Part shown: piece after piece, positions 27,157 through 35,941 of the stretch
Layout of the letters: each line of letters opens with the position of its first letter
Numbering within the stretch: position 1 is the first letter of the stretch
From: Xanthobacter sp.
GTDB lineage: Bacteria > Pseudomonadota > Alphaproteobacteria > Rhizobiales > Xanthobacteraceae
Length of the DNA: 64,000 bases
Reading direction: 5' to 3'
NCBI GenBank assembly: GCA_034676685.1
Contig: JAUCBT010000006.1
Location: 6,983 to 70,982 of the forward strand
Notes under the pieces: model-generated
What the model saw: only the letters and a program-made list of their open reading frames with translations
Database searches by the model: none
Told to the model about the DNA's origin: nothing
Translations under genes and position numbers: made by a program

Positions 27157-28046
27157 GATGCGACCTTTCGCAGCTCAAGTGCACGAGCATGCGCCTTGCG
27201 AATGGCGCGGCCAGCCAGCACGCCAGACAGGTTGCGCCGGTAATCCGCACTCGCATGAATGTCGGTGTTGGGGGTCAGCGTATCGTGCAACCACTGCGCC
27301 ATTTCAGACAGCAAAGATGCATCGGGCTGGCGGCCCTCGGTCAGTGCTTCCAGCCCCTGCATCCGCATCGCGGTTTCACCCACGCCCGTCATGCCGATCC
27401 GCGCATTGCGGATCGCTCCCTCTTCATCCGCATGGAAGGTGATGGCGATGGCGGACATGGCGAAGTCACCATGCCGGCGTGAGAATTCCTCGAAAGCCCA
27501 GCCCTCATTGGGCCGGGAGGTACCAATGCTGATCCCGGTGACCATTTCATCCGGTTCCAGCGCATTGACCAGAGAGCCGACCAGGAACTCGGAAGCCGGC
27601 AGAACACGCCGCGCACCGGCCGACGCGATTTCAATTTCGCCATCGAACATCTGCACGATCATGGGCATTTCGGCGGCAGGGTCGGCATGGCAGACGCTGC
27701 CGCAGAAGGTGCCGCGATTGCGCACGGTCATATGCGCCACATAGTGCATCACATCATGCAGCACCGGGAGCTTGCGCGAGACCACGGCATCACTGGCCGT
27801 CATCCGGTGGCGGGCGAGCGCGCCCATATGCAGCCGATCCCCGCGATCCGCGATCACCTCAAGACCGGGAATGCGATTGATGTCGACCAGAACGGCAGGC
27901 TTCACCAGCCGGAAGTTGATCATCGGCATCAGGCTTTGCCCCCCGGCAATGATCTTCGCCTCGTCGCCATGCTGCGCCAGCACGTCAAGCGCATGCGCGA
28001 TGCTTTCAGCCCGGACATAGTCAAATCTTGCCGGCTTCACAGCCAC
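27153..28046 (-). CDS. FAD-binding medium subunit of the molybdenum hydroxylase (CoxM-like)
   Basis: FDYVRAESIAHALDVL...KIIAGGQSLMPMINFRL, typical of CoxM/XdhB FAD-binding domains. Confidence 0.9.
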   Translation of the reverse strand: MAVKPARFDYVRAESIAHALDVLAQHGDEAKIIAGGQSLMPMINFRLVKPAVLVDINRIPGLEVIADRGDRLHMGALARHRMTASDAVVSRKLPVLHDVMHYVAHMTVRNRGTFCGSVCHADPAAEMPMIVQMFDGEIEIASAGARRVLPASEFLVGSLVNALEPDEMVTGISIGTSRPNEGWAFEEFSRRHGDFAMSAIAITFHADEEGAIRNARIGMTGVGETAMRMQGLEALTEGRQPDASLLSEMAQWLHDTLTPNTDIHASADYRRNLSGVLAGRAIRKAHARALELRKVAS

Positions 28047-28235
28047 CTCCCCTCCGAAGGGTTACACGGCTCATCCAACCGTCAAGGTTGTGCGAAGCCG
28101 CCTGTCCACATTCGGGATCAATTTCTATTTTTCACTTGCTTTACTAGACTACAATAGGGCATGTCAATGGAGGAGGACGCGCGGGGAACGGTGCGCAAGA
28201 CATCGTTCTTCTCATAAAAACAAGGAGGTTGGCGC

Positions 28236-29081
28236 ATGGAGATGTCGGGTCAGAAGCTGATCCCGGAGACACGGGAAACAGTCTGGAAGGCGCTCAATGA
28301 TCCTGAAATTCTGCGCAATTGCGTGCCCGGCTGCCAGACTCTGAACAAGACCTCCGAAACCGAAATGGAAGCCACGGCTTCCATGAAGGTCGGGCCTGTT
28401 TCGGCCAAATTCGGAGGGAAAATATCACTTTCTGAACTGAACCCTCCTGTGAGCTACCGCATCACAGGAGAAGGACAGGGCGGGGTTGCCGGCTTTGCCA
28501 AAGGCAGCGCATTGATCAGCCTCGATGAGGTCGAGGGCGGCACGATGCTGAATTACAGTGTCGATGCACAAGTGGGCGGCAAACTGGCCCAGCTTGGTGG
28601 CCGTCTGATCGACTCCACCGCGAAGAAGATGTCCGAGGCCTTCTTCGAGAAATTCGCATCCGAAATCCGCCGCCAGTATCATGCTGATGGCGGGGCAGCA
28701 CAAACCTCTTCCCCGCAGGCGGAAGCCACACCCACGGCACAGGGCACACCTTCTGCTCCAATCAGCGGAGCATCCGTTCCGCCGCAGATGATGGTGCCGC
28801 CGGGCGCTCCGCCCTTCGCGGGCCCGGGCTGGTTTCCGCCCCCCTATGGCTATGCGCCCCCGCCGCCGCCCCAACCTTCCGGCGGCTCAAAAGCGCCCTT
28901 TCTTGCCGCTCTGGCAATGGCGCTCGTGTTCGCCTTCCTGTGGCTGAGCGAACGACAGGGCAGCCCGCTGATACTGCCTTCAGCACAAGCCCTTACGCCC
29001 GAGTTCGGCGCTGCGGTCCAACTCATCCTCATTGCCATGGTCGGATATCTGTTCGGCCGCCTTTCGGATCGCCGCCACTGA
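28236..29081 (+). CDS. CoxG-like SRPBCC protein with Pro-rich linker and C-terminal transmembrane anchors
   Basis: The N-terminal ~150 aa match the CoxG pattern (ETVWKALNDPEILRNCVPGC...GGKLAQLGGRLIDSTAKKMSEAFFEKF). This is followed by PPQMMVPPGAPPFAGPGWFPPPYGYAPPPPPQP and two hydrophobic helices. Confidence 0.75.
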   Translation: MEMSGQKLIPETRETVWKALNDPEILRNCVPGCQTLNKTSETEMEATASMKVGPVSAKFGGKISLSELNPPVSYRITGEGQGGVAGFAKGSALISLDEVEGGTMLNYSVDAQVGGKLAQLGGRLIDSTAKKMSEAFFEKFASEIRRQYHADGGAAQTSSPQAEATPTAQGTPSAPISGASVPPQMMVPPGAPPFAGPGWFPPPYGYAPPPPPQPSGGSKAPFLAALAMALVFAFLWLSERQGSPLILPSAQALTPEFGAAVQLILIAMVGYLFGRLSDRRH

Positions 29082-29110
29082 GCGGTCCATGTCCTCCCAG
29101 GAGTTTTTCC

Positions 29111-29866
29111 ATGCAGTTGTCCCTCGAAGGCAAGGTCGCGCTGGTGACCGGCGGTGGTCGCGACACCGGAGCTGAAATTGCCCGTGAACTGGCCGCTCTT
29201 GGCGCAACCATTGCCGTCAATTACCGTAAATCTGAAGCGGAGGCCGACGATCTGGTTGCAGAGCTGAGAGCATCTGGCAGCACTGCCAGATCATACCGGG
29301 CCGATATCTCCGATTATGATCAGGTTCAGGCCATGATTGAGGCGATCATTGCTGACTATGGCCGTATCGACATTCTTGTGAACAATGCCGGTTATGTGAA
29401 GTACCAGAGATTTGTCGACAGTACGCCAGCAGACTGGAAAGCCCAGATCGATACCTGCCTGTATGGCGCACTCCATTGCAGCCATGCTGTGGCGTCGCAT
29501 TTCATCCAGCAAAATGGCGGACGCATCATCAATATCGTCGGCGACAGTTCGCGTATCGGCGAAGCCAATCTGGCGCTGGCGGCCGCTGCACGCGGCGCAA
29601 CGGTGCAGCTTGGAAAATCCATCGCGCGTGAGCTCGGCCGCAACAATGTCACCGTCAACACCGTCTCATTGGGGCTGATCCAGACCTCGCACAGCGACCC
29701 GGACTTTCTTGCCAAGAACATGGACAAGATCGTCAAGGCCTATCCCCTGCGCCGGATCGGCCAAGCCGATGATGTCGCGCCGATTGTTGCCTTTCTTGCG
29801 ACGGATGCGGCATCCTGGGTGACCGGGCAGGTCATCAGTGTGAATGGCGGCTTCTCGATGGTCTGA
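29111..29866 (+). CDS. SDR-fold protein (FabG-like) lacking the catalytic Tyr and Lys
   Basis: TGGGRDTG, NNAG and GDSS are present. The YxxxK position reads ALAAAARGA, giving Y to A and K to R when aligned backwards from KSIAREL. ATG 29111 is the first Met after the coxG-like stop. Confidence 0.8.
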   Translation: MQLSLEGKVALVTGGGRDTGAEIARELAALGATIAVNYRKSEAEADDLVAELRASGSTARSYRADISDYDQVQAMIEAIIADYGRIDILVNNAGYVKYQRFVDSTPADWKAQIDTCLYGALHCSHAVASHFIQQNGGRIINIVGDSSRIGEANLALAAAARGATVQLGKSIARELGRNNVTVNTVSLGLIQTSHSDPDFLAKNMDKIVKAYPLRRIGQADDVAPIVAFLATDAASWVTGQVISVNGGFSMV

Positions 29867-29908
29867 AGCACCCGCCCCTCGGGGCGTTCTGGCAAACCGG
29901 AGGCAGAC

Positions 29909-31066
29909 ATGACGCCCTTCGTCTTCAACACCACAAAGTCCATTCTCTTTCGCTCCGGTGCAGCGAAAGAGATCCATATGCATGCCGGCGCGCTTCTGGG
30001 CCGCACTATCCTGCTGGTGACCGATCCGGGTTTGCGCAAGCTCGGACTGGTCGATCCCGCCATCGGCGCTTTGAGAACAGCGGGTCATGAGGTCACCATC
30101 TTCGATGCGGTGGAAGCAGACCCCTCTATTTCCACTCTGAACGCTGCGATCGAGGCTGGGCGATCTGCCGGAGCAACGGGCGTGCTCGGCTTTGGCGGCG
30201 GTTCGTCTCTGGATGTGGCAAAGGTTGCAGCCTTGCTGCTGGGCTCGGGCGAACCGCTCGACGAAGCCTGGGGGGTGAACAACGCCAAGGGGCCGCGCCT
30301 GCCTCTGGTGCTGGTGCCAACCACAGCAGGCACCGGCTCCGAGGTTACGCCTGTCGCCATTCTGACCGTGAGCGGTGATGAGAAGCGTGGCGTATCCTCT
30401 CCTCTCATCCTGCCGGATATCGCATTGCTGGATGCGGAACTGACACTGGGCCTGCCCGCCCCCATCACCGCAGCCACCGGCGTGGATGCCATGGTGCATG
30501 CAATTGAGGCCTATGCCTCAGCCAGCGCCAACAATAACCCGCTGTCACGGATGCTGGCACGCGAAGCTTTGCGGCTTCTGGGGGCGAATATTGAAACCGT
30601 CGTTTCCGATGGTGGCAATGTTGGTGCGCGGGAAGCCATGTTGCTGGGCTCCATGCTGGCCGGACAAGCCTTCGCCAATTCACCCGTTGCCGCCGTGCAT
30701 GCGCTCGCCTACCCGGTGGGCGGTATCTTTCATATTCCGCACGGGCTTTCGAATGCACTGGTGCTGACCTCCGTGCTGCGTTTCAACCTGCCGGCCGCCG
30801 ATGCCATCTATGCCGAGATTGCAGCCGATGCCTTTCCGCATCTGGCCGATGTGCCCGATGATGCGCGCGGCGAGGCCTTCATCACCGCGCTTCAGGATCT
30901 TATCGCCCGCCTCGGCATGCCGCCCCGCTTGCGCGATGTGAACATTCCGGCAGATGCTCTGCCCCGCATGGCGGCGGATGCGATGAAACAGCAGCGCCTG
31001 CTCATCAACAACCCGCGCCCTGTCACGCAGGCAGATGCGCTGGCCATTTATCAGGAGGCTTGGTGA
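29909..31066 (+). CDS. Iron-containing (group III) alcohol dehydrogenase
   Basis: GFGGGSSLDVAK, PTTAGTGSEVT, HAIEAY and HGLSNA metal/NAD motifs. A GGAGG RBS is present. Confidence 0.85.
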   Translation: MTPFVFNTTKSILFRSGAAKEIHMHAGALLGRTILLVTDPGLRKLGLVDPAIGALRTAGHEVTIFDAVEADPSISTLNAAIEAGRSAGATGVLGFGGGSSLDVAKVAALLLGSGEPLDEAWGVNNAKGPRLPLVLVPTTAGTGSEVTPVAILTVSGDEKRGVSSPLILPDIALLDAELTLGLPAPITAATGVDAMVHAIEAYASASANNNPLSRMLAREALRLLGANIETVVSDGGNVGAREAMLLGSMLAGQAFANSPVAAVHALAYPVGGIFHIPHGLSNALVLTSVLRFNLPAADAIYAEIAADAFPHLADVPDDARGEAFITALQDLIARLGMPPRLRDVNIPADALPRMAADAMKQQRLLINNPRPVTQADALAIYQEAW

Positions 31067-31067
31067 C

Positions 31068-31505
31068 ATGCGCGCGCCACCCGGTACACGCGCCGATTAC
31101 GTTCATTTTCGCCAGCACACCACGCGCTGGAGCGACAATGATGTGTATGGGCATCTGAACAACGTCATTCATTACCTGATGTTCGATACCACCGTAAACG
31201 AATGGCTGATCCGGAACGGATTGCTGGATACGAAGAACAGCCCGGCCATCGGCCTCGTGGCGGAAACCGGGTGTCGGTATCATGGTGAGATGTCCTATCC
31301 GCAGGTGATCACGGCGGGCCTGAGGGTCGCCAAGCTGGGCTCATCCTCGGTGCGTTACGATATCGGCCTGTTCGCGGATGACAGCGACATCGCGGCGGCG
31401 GAAGGCTTCTTCATCCATGTCTATGTGGATGCAGCCACGCACCGCCCCTGCCCCATTCCCGTTGAGACCCGCACCGCCCTTCAGCGGCTGGTGAAGGAGG
31501 CATGA
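31068..31505 (+). CDS. Hotdog-fold acyl-CoA thioesterase (4HBT/YbgC-like)
   Basis: RWSDNDVYGHLNNVIHYLMFDTTVNEWL motif. AGGAGG lies upstream of ATG 31068. Confidence 0.75.
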   Translation: MRAPPGTRADYVHFRQHTTRWSDNDVYGHLNNVIHYLMFDTTVNEWLIRNGLLDTKNSPAIGLVAETGCRYHGEMSYPQVITAGLRVAKLGSSSVRYDIGLFADDSDIAAAEGFFIHVYVDAATHRPCPIPVETRTALQRLVKEA

Positions 31506-32959
31506 TGTCCCTGAAGCTGAATGATCCCTCACTGCTGGAAAACCGCAATCTGATCGCCGGGCGCTGGACCCTTGCCGAGAGCGGCAAGACCATCACCGTC
31601 ACCAATCCGGCAACGGGTGATGAGATCGGCGCCGTGCCTTCCGTCAGCCGGGCAGAGGTTGCGCAGGCGATTGCAGCGGCAAAGGAGGCGCAGGTGCTGT
31701 GGGCCGCCCGCCCGGCCAAGCAGCGCACTGCTGTGCTACGCAAATGGTTTGATCTGGTCACGGCCGCAACCGATGACCTCGCCCTGATCCTGACCAGTGA
31801 ACAGGGCAAGCCGCTTGCCGAGGCGAAAGGCGAGATCGCTTATGCCGCCTCCTATATCGAATGGTTCGCGGAAGAGGCCAAGCGCATCTATGGCGACACC
31901 ATTCCCGGGGCTTCCAGCGGTCAACGCATCATCGTGGTGAAACAGCCGATCGGGGTCACGGCCGCGATTACGCCATGGAACTTTCCGGCGGCGATGATCA
32001 CGCGCAAGATCGGCCCCGCTTTGGCCGCCGGATGCGCCATGGTGCTGAAGCCCGCAAGCCAAACCCCGCTCACGGCCCTTGCATTGGCTGTTCTTGCCGA
32101 ACGTGCGGGCGTGCCGGAAGGTTTGCTCTCGGTCGTGACCGGTGCGGCGCGGGACATCGGTGCGGAACTGACTGCCAACCCCACCATTCGCAAGCTCTCC
32201 TTCACCGGCTCCACGGAGGTTGGCAAGGAACTGATGCGACAGTGCGCGGACACCGTAAAGCGCACCTCGATGGAACTGGGCGGCAATGCGCCCTTCATTG
32301 TCTTCGATGATGCCGATCTTGATGCGGCTATTGAGGGAGCGATGGCCTCCAAATACCGCAATGCCGGGCAGACCTGCGTGTGCGCAAACCGCCTGTTCGT
32401 TCAGGCCGGCATACATGATGCCTTCGTCCAGCGCCTGACGGAGCAGGTATCCCGCCTCAAGGTTGGAGCCGGCACGCAGCCGGGTGTCGAGATCGGCCCC
32501 CTGATTGATGGCGCGGCGGTCAGCAAGGTGCGAGAGCTTCTGGATGATGCGAGGTCCAAGGGCGCGACCATCGCGCTTGGAGGCAATCCGCATACACTTG
32601 GCGGCACCTTCTTCGAGCCCACCATTGTCACGGGCACCACCCGGGAGATGGCCTTCTTCGATGAGGAAATCTTCGGCCCTGTCGCCCCGATCTTCCGCTT
32701 TGAACGTGAAGAGGAGGTCATCGCGCTGGCCAATGACACACCCTTCGGCCTTGCCTCATATTTCTATGGCCGCGATGTAGGCCGTGTGATGCGCGTTGCA
32801 GAGCAACTGGAATACGGCATGGTCGGCGTGAATACCGGTATGATCTCAAACGAAGCCGCGCCATTTGGGGGCGTCAAGGAAAGCGGTCAGGGCCGGGAAG
32901 GCTCAAAATATGGGATAGAGGACTATATCTCGGTGAAATATATCTGCCTTCAGATCTAG
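31502..32959 (+). CDS. gabD: NAD(P)-dependent succinate-semialdehyde dehydrogenase
   Basis: 485 aa ALDH with ELGGNAP (catalytic Glu) and GQTCVCANR (catalytic Cys). The N-terminus NRNLIAGRW...VTNPATGDEIG is typical of GabD. ATGA overlap with the thioesterase stop. Confidence 0.8.
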   Translation: MMSLKLNDPSLLENRNLIAGRWTLAESGKTITVTNPATGDEIGAVPSVSRAEVAQAIAAAKEAQVLWAARPAKQRTAVLRKWFDLVTAATDDLALILTSEQGKPLAEAKGEIAYAASYIEWFAEEAKRIYGDTIPGASSGQRIIVVKQPIGVTAAITPWNFPAAMITRKIGPALAAGCAMVLKPASQTPLTALALAVLAERAGVPEGLLSVVTGAARDIGAELTANPTIRKLSFTGSTEVGKELMRQCADTVKRTSMELGGNAPFIVFDDADLDAAIEGAMASKYRNAGQTCVCANRLFVQAGIHDAFVQRLTEQVSRLKVGAGTQPGVEIGPLIDGAAVSKVRELLDDARSKGATIALGGNPHTLGGTFFEPTIVTGTTREMAFFDEEIFGPVAPIFRFEREEEVIALANDTPFGLASYFYGRDVGRVMRVAEQLEYGMVGVNTGMISNEAAPFGGVKESGQGREGSKYGIEDYISVKYICLQI

Positions 32960-33050
32960 ATCTGACATTCAATAAAAGCCGACAGATATTGATATTCTCG
33001 GATTATCGACATCTATCTGTGTCCGAATAAAGGACTGCGGAGCGCACAGA

Positions 33051-33090
33051 CAGGAGATCAGATCATGTCAGAGCTCGAGCTGATCTCCTG
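33051..33090. terminator. Stem-loop between convergent gabD and pyk
   Basis: CAGGAGATCAG-18 nt-CTGATCTCCTG, with perfect 11-bp arms and no U-tract. A second hairpin (ACAGATA...TATCTGT) lies at about 32980-33023. Confidence 0.4.
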
Positions 33091-33112
33091 CAAGATGATG
33101 CATATGCTGGCC

Positions 33113-34558
33113 TCAGGCCTTCCCCACCTTGATGACCCGCAGATTATTGGTGTTGCCGGATGCCCCGAAAGGTATGCCGGCAACGGCCACCACATAATCA
33201 CCGACCTGCGCCAGTCCCGTTGCCAGAACCGCAGCGCGCGCAGCACTGACAGACTGGTCATAGCTGCCGGCATCCGGTGAAGGCAGGCTGATGGCTCCCC
33301 ACAGCAGGCAGAGCTTGCGCGCAACCAGATCAGAATGCGTCATGGCGAGGATCGGCACCGGCGGACGTTTGCGGGCAATGCGCGCGGCTGTTGCGCCGCT
33401 CGACGTATAGGCGACGATAGCGACCGCACCGATCGACTGCGCGACATCTGCCGCCGCGCTTGCAACCGCATGGGAGGGCGATTCAGCGGCATCCGGCTCC
33501 GTGGCATCCACGATCAGGCGATAGTGGCTGTGATGCTCGGTTTTCTCGATGATCCTGTCCATCATCCGCACCGCTTCGACCGGATAGCGTCCGGCTGCGG
33601 ACTCCGCTGAAAGCATCACGGCATCGGCCCCGTCATAAATGGCCCCGGCGACATCAGAAGCCTCTGCCCGGGTGGGTGCGGGCGAATTGATCATGGAATC
33701 CAGCATCTGCGTGGCGACGATCACAGGCTTCACCGCCAGCCGGCAGGCCCGGATGATTTCCTTCTGGCGGCCCGGTACATCCTCGGGCGGGATTTCAACG
33801 CCGAGATCACCGCGCGCCACCATCACTGCATCTGAAAGCCGGATGATGTCGTCGATATGCTGAAGCGCGGAAGGCTTCTCGATCTTCGCCACCAGCCCCG
33901 CCCGTTCTCCGATCAGCGCACGGGCCTCCAGCATGTCGGAGGGCTTCTGCACGAAAGACAGGGCGATCCAGTCCACACCCAGTTCCAGACCGAAGGCGAG
34001 GTCCGCCCGGTCCTTTGCGGTCAGAGGTGAGATCTCGAGAACCGCACCGGGCACATTCACCCCCTTGCGGTTGGAGATGGGACCGCCGGCCATCACCTCC
34101 GCCTCAATGAAATGACGGCTGACAGCGCGCACCGTGACACGCACGCGCCCGTCATCAATCAGCAGGTCATCGCCGGGGGAAACGGCCTGAAAGATTTCCG
34201 GGTGGGGCAGGGGAATATCCCCCGGCCCAGTGCCCACCTGACCGGCCCCGCCATCTTCCGGCAGCACAAAGCGGATGCGCTGGCCGCTTTCCAGAAGCAG
34301 GCTGCCTTGGGCCAGAACGCCGATACGGATCTTCGGTCCCTGAAGATCCTGAAGAATGCCGATGGGAACGCCCATTTCCTTTTCCAGCGCCCGGATATGC
34401 GCAGCAACGCTGGCATGGTCATCGTGAGTGCCATGGCTGAAATTGAGCCGGAACGTATCGACCCCCGCGAGAAAGAGGGCTTTCAGCATGTCTGGCGCAG
34501 CGGAAGCGGGACCAACTGTGGCGACGATCTTCGCCCGGCGGTTGCGATGAAGGATCAT
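33113..34558 (-). CDS. pyk: Pyruvate kinase
   Basis: MILHRNRRAKIVATVGPAS..., MVARGDLGVEIP and the C-terminal regulatory domain. ATG 34558 is preferred because the upstream 35 codons of the tracked ORF lack similarity. Confidence 0.9.
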   Translation of the reverse strand: MILHRNRRAKIVATVGPASAAPDMLKALFLAGVDTFRLNFSHGTHDDHASVAAHIRALEKEMGVPIGILQDLQGPKIRIGVLAQGSLLLESGQRIRFVLPEDGGAGQVGTGPGDIPLPHPEIFQAVSPGDDLLIDDGRVRVTVRAVSRHFIEAEVMAGGPISNRKGVNVPGAVLEISPLTAKDRADLAFGLELGVDWIALSFVQKPSDMLEARALIGERAGLVAKIEKPSALQHIDDIIRLSDAVMVARGDLGVEIPPEDVPGRQKEIIRACRLAVKPVIVATQMLDSMINSPAPTRAEASDVAGAIYDGADAVMLSAESAAGRYPVEAVRMMDRIIEKTEHHSHYRLIVDATEPDAAESPSHAVASAAADVAQSIGAVAIVAYTSSGATAARIARKRPPVPILAMTHSDLVARKLCLLWGAISLPSPDAGSYDQSVSAARAAVLATGLAQVGDYVVAVAGIPFGASGNTNNLRVIKVGKA

Positions 34559-34610
34559 GGCGTTCTGTCCTCCAGTTGGCCGGATATGACAGGCGCGATT
34601 AAGGAAAACC

Positions 34611-35261
34611 TCAGACCGGCAACAGTTCGCCAATCCGATCGGGGAGCTGCGAGAAGTGATCAAACACAGCCTGATGCGTCAGCCTTTCCACCGGCATCTT
34701 GCGGTAGCCTTCCGTGAACAGGAAGAAGGGAAGGCCGGCGGCTTCAGCTGCGGCGGCGTCAATTTCACTGTCCCCCACAAACGCTGCCTCACCTGCCCCG
34801 AGCAGCGCCATGGCATGCCTCACGGGTTCGGGTGATGGCTTGCGCGTGGGCAGGGTGTCTCCACCCACAACAGCCTCAAAGAAGGGCGCGAGCCCGGTGG
34901 CAGCCAGAATGCGCCGTGCGGGCTCTTCCGGCTTGTTGGTGCAGACGGCAAGGCGCGCGCCCCTGTCCATCAGGACGGTCAGCGCCTCCACCACGCCGGG
35001 ATAGGGACGGGTGTCATCCATCATCACCTTCTCGTAATGGTCGAGAAAGGCGCGATGCCAGTCACTCAGAAGGGCCTCATCCGCCCCGACGGCCTCAATC
35101 ACCTGGCGGATCAGCATCTGCGCACCCTCGCCGATGAAGCTGCGAACCTGCGGCAGGTCCAGTCCTTCACGGCCAGCATCCGCCAGCACCATGTTCACGG
35201 CCGTGCGAATGTCTGCAACGCTGTCCACCAGTGTCCCGTCGAGATCGAAAATGATGTTCAT
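34611..35261 (-). CDS. cbbZ: Phosphoglycolate phosphatase (HAD family)
   Basis: [14 protein letters not shown]... HAD motif I, CTNKP and VGDSEIDAAAA. Confidence 0.8.
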   Translation of the reverse strand: MNIIFDLDGTLVDSVADIRTAVNMVLADAGREGLDLPQVRSFIGEGAQMLIRQVIEAVGADEALLSDWHRAFLDHYEKVMMDDTRPYPGVVEALTVLMDRGARLAVCTNKPEEPARRILAATGLAPFFEAVVGGDTLPTRKPSPEPVRHAMALLGAGEAAFVGDSEIDAAAAEAAGLPFFLFTEGYRKMPVERLTHQAVFDHFSQLPDRIGELLPV

Positions 35262-35941
35262 GTCAGTGCCCCCAGCCGCGCGCGTAGCCCGACGAGCCCG
35301 CCCAGATTGGCGAAGCAGTCGATATTGAGTGTAGCCTCTGAAGCCGGTTCATGCAGGGTATAGATGCCGCGTGACAGAATGACGGGCACTCCGGCCATGC
35401 GCGCGGCCCGCACGCCATTTCGGGAGTCCTCGAATGCGACGGCTTCATGCGGCGCCACATCCAGTTGCTCCAGAGCCAGAAAATAGACATCTGGGGCAGG
35501 TTTCTTGGCCGCGACCATGTCGCCGGCGGCAATCACATCAAACACCTCATCCGCCGGCTGGCCAAAGGCAGCCCGGCAGAGGGCCTCCACATTCTCCGGG
35601 CTGGTGGTGGTGGCAGCGGCAAGGCGCAATCCCTCCGCGCGCGCCTGGGTCATCAGTTCACGGATGCCGGGGCGCAACCGAATGCCTTCGCGCACGCGCT
35701 TGGTGAACAGATGGGTCTTCTCGGCATGCAGCAGCGCCACAGGCACCGTGCCGGCATGCATTTCATGCGCATAACGGGCGATGCGCTCCTTGCCGCCGGT
35801 GGTGGTGAGCAAGTCCCGATAGGTCTCACGATCCCAGTGCCAGCCCATTGCAAACGCGACGAAGGCCGCATTGAAGGCCGTGCGGTGCAGTTCCTCGGTT
35901 TCAGCCAGCGTGCCGTCAATGTCGAAGATGAGCGCCTTCAT
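35258..35941 (-). CDS. cbbY: CbbY-type HAD phosphatase (xylulose-1,5-bisphosphate phosphatase family)
   Basis: [26 protein letters not shown]... resembles CbbY. ATG 35941 gives an ATGA overlap with the rpe stop; ATG 35950 is an alternative. Confidence 0.8.
   Translation of the reverse strand: MKALIFDIDGTLAETEELHRTAFNAAFVAFAMGWHWDRETYRDLLTTTGGKERIARYAHEMHAGTVPVALLHAEKTHLFTKRVREGIRLRPGIRELMTQARAEGLRLAAATTTSPENVEALCRAAFGQPADEVFDVIAAGDMVAAKKPAPDVYFLALEQLDVAPHEAVAFEDSRNGVRAARMAGVPVILSRGIYTLHEPASEATLNIDCFANLGGLVGLRARLGALT

Noticed and set aside
23505-28046. Annotating the coxM/S/L-like genes as aerobic carbon monoxide dehydrogenase
   Set aside because: The large subunit lacks the VAYRCSFR Mo-Cu active-site loop (it reads GPYRGVGRPSS). 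No coxD/E/F maturation genes are present. The context (lactonase, CoA enzymes) points to organic substrate hydroxylation.
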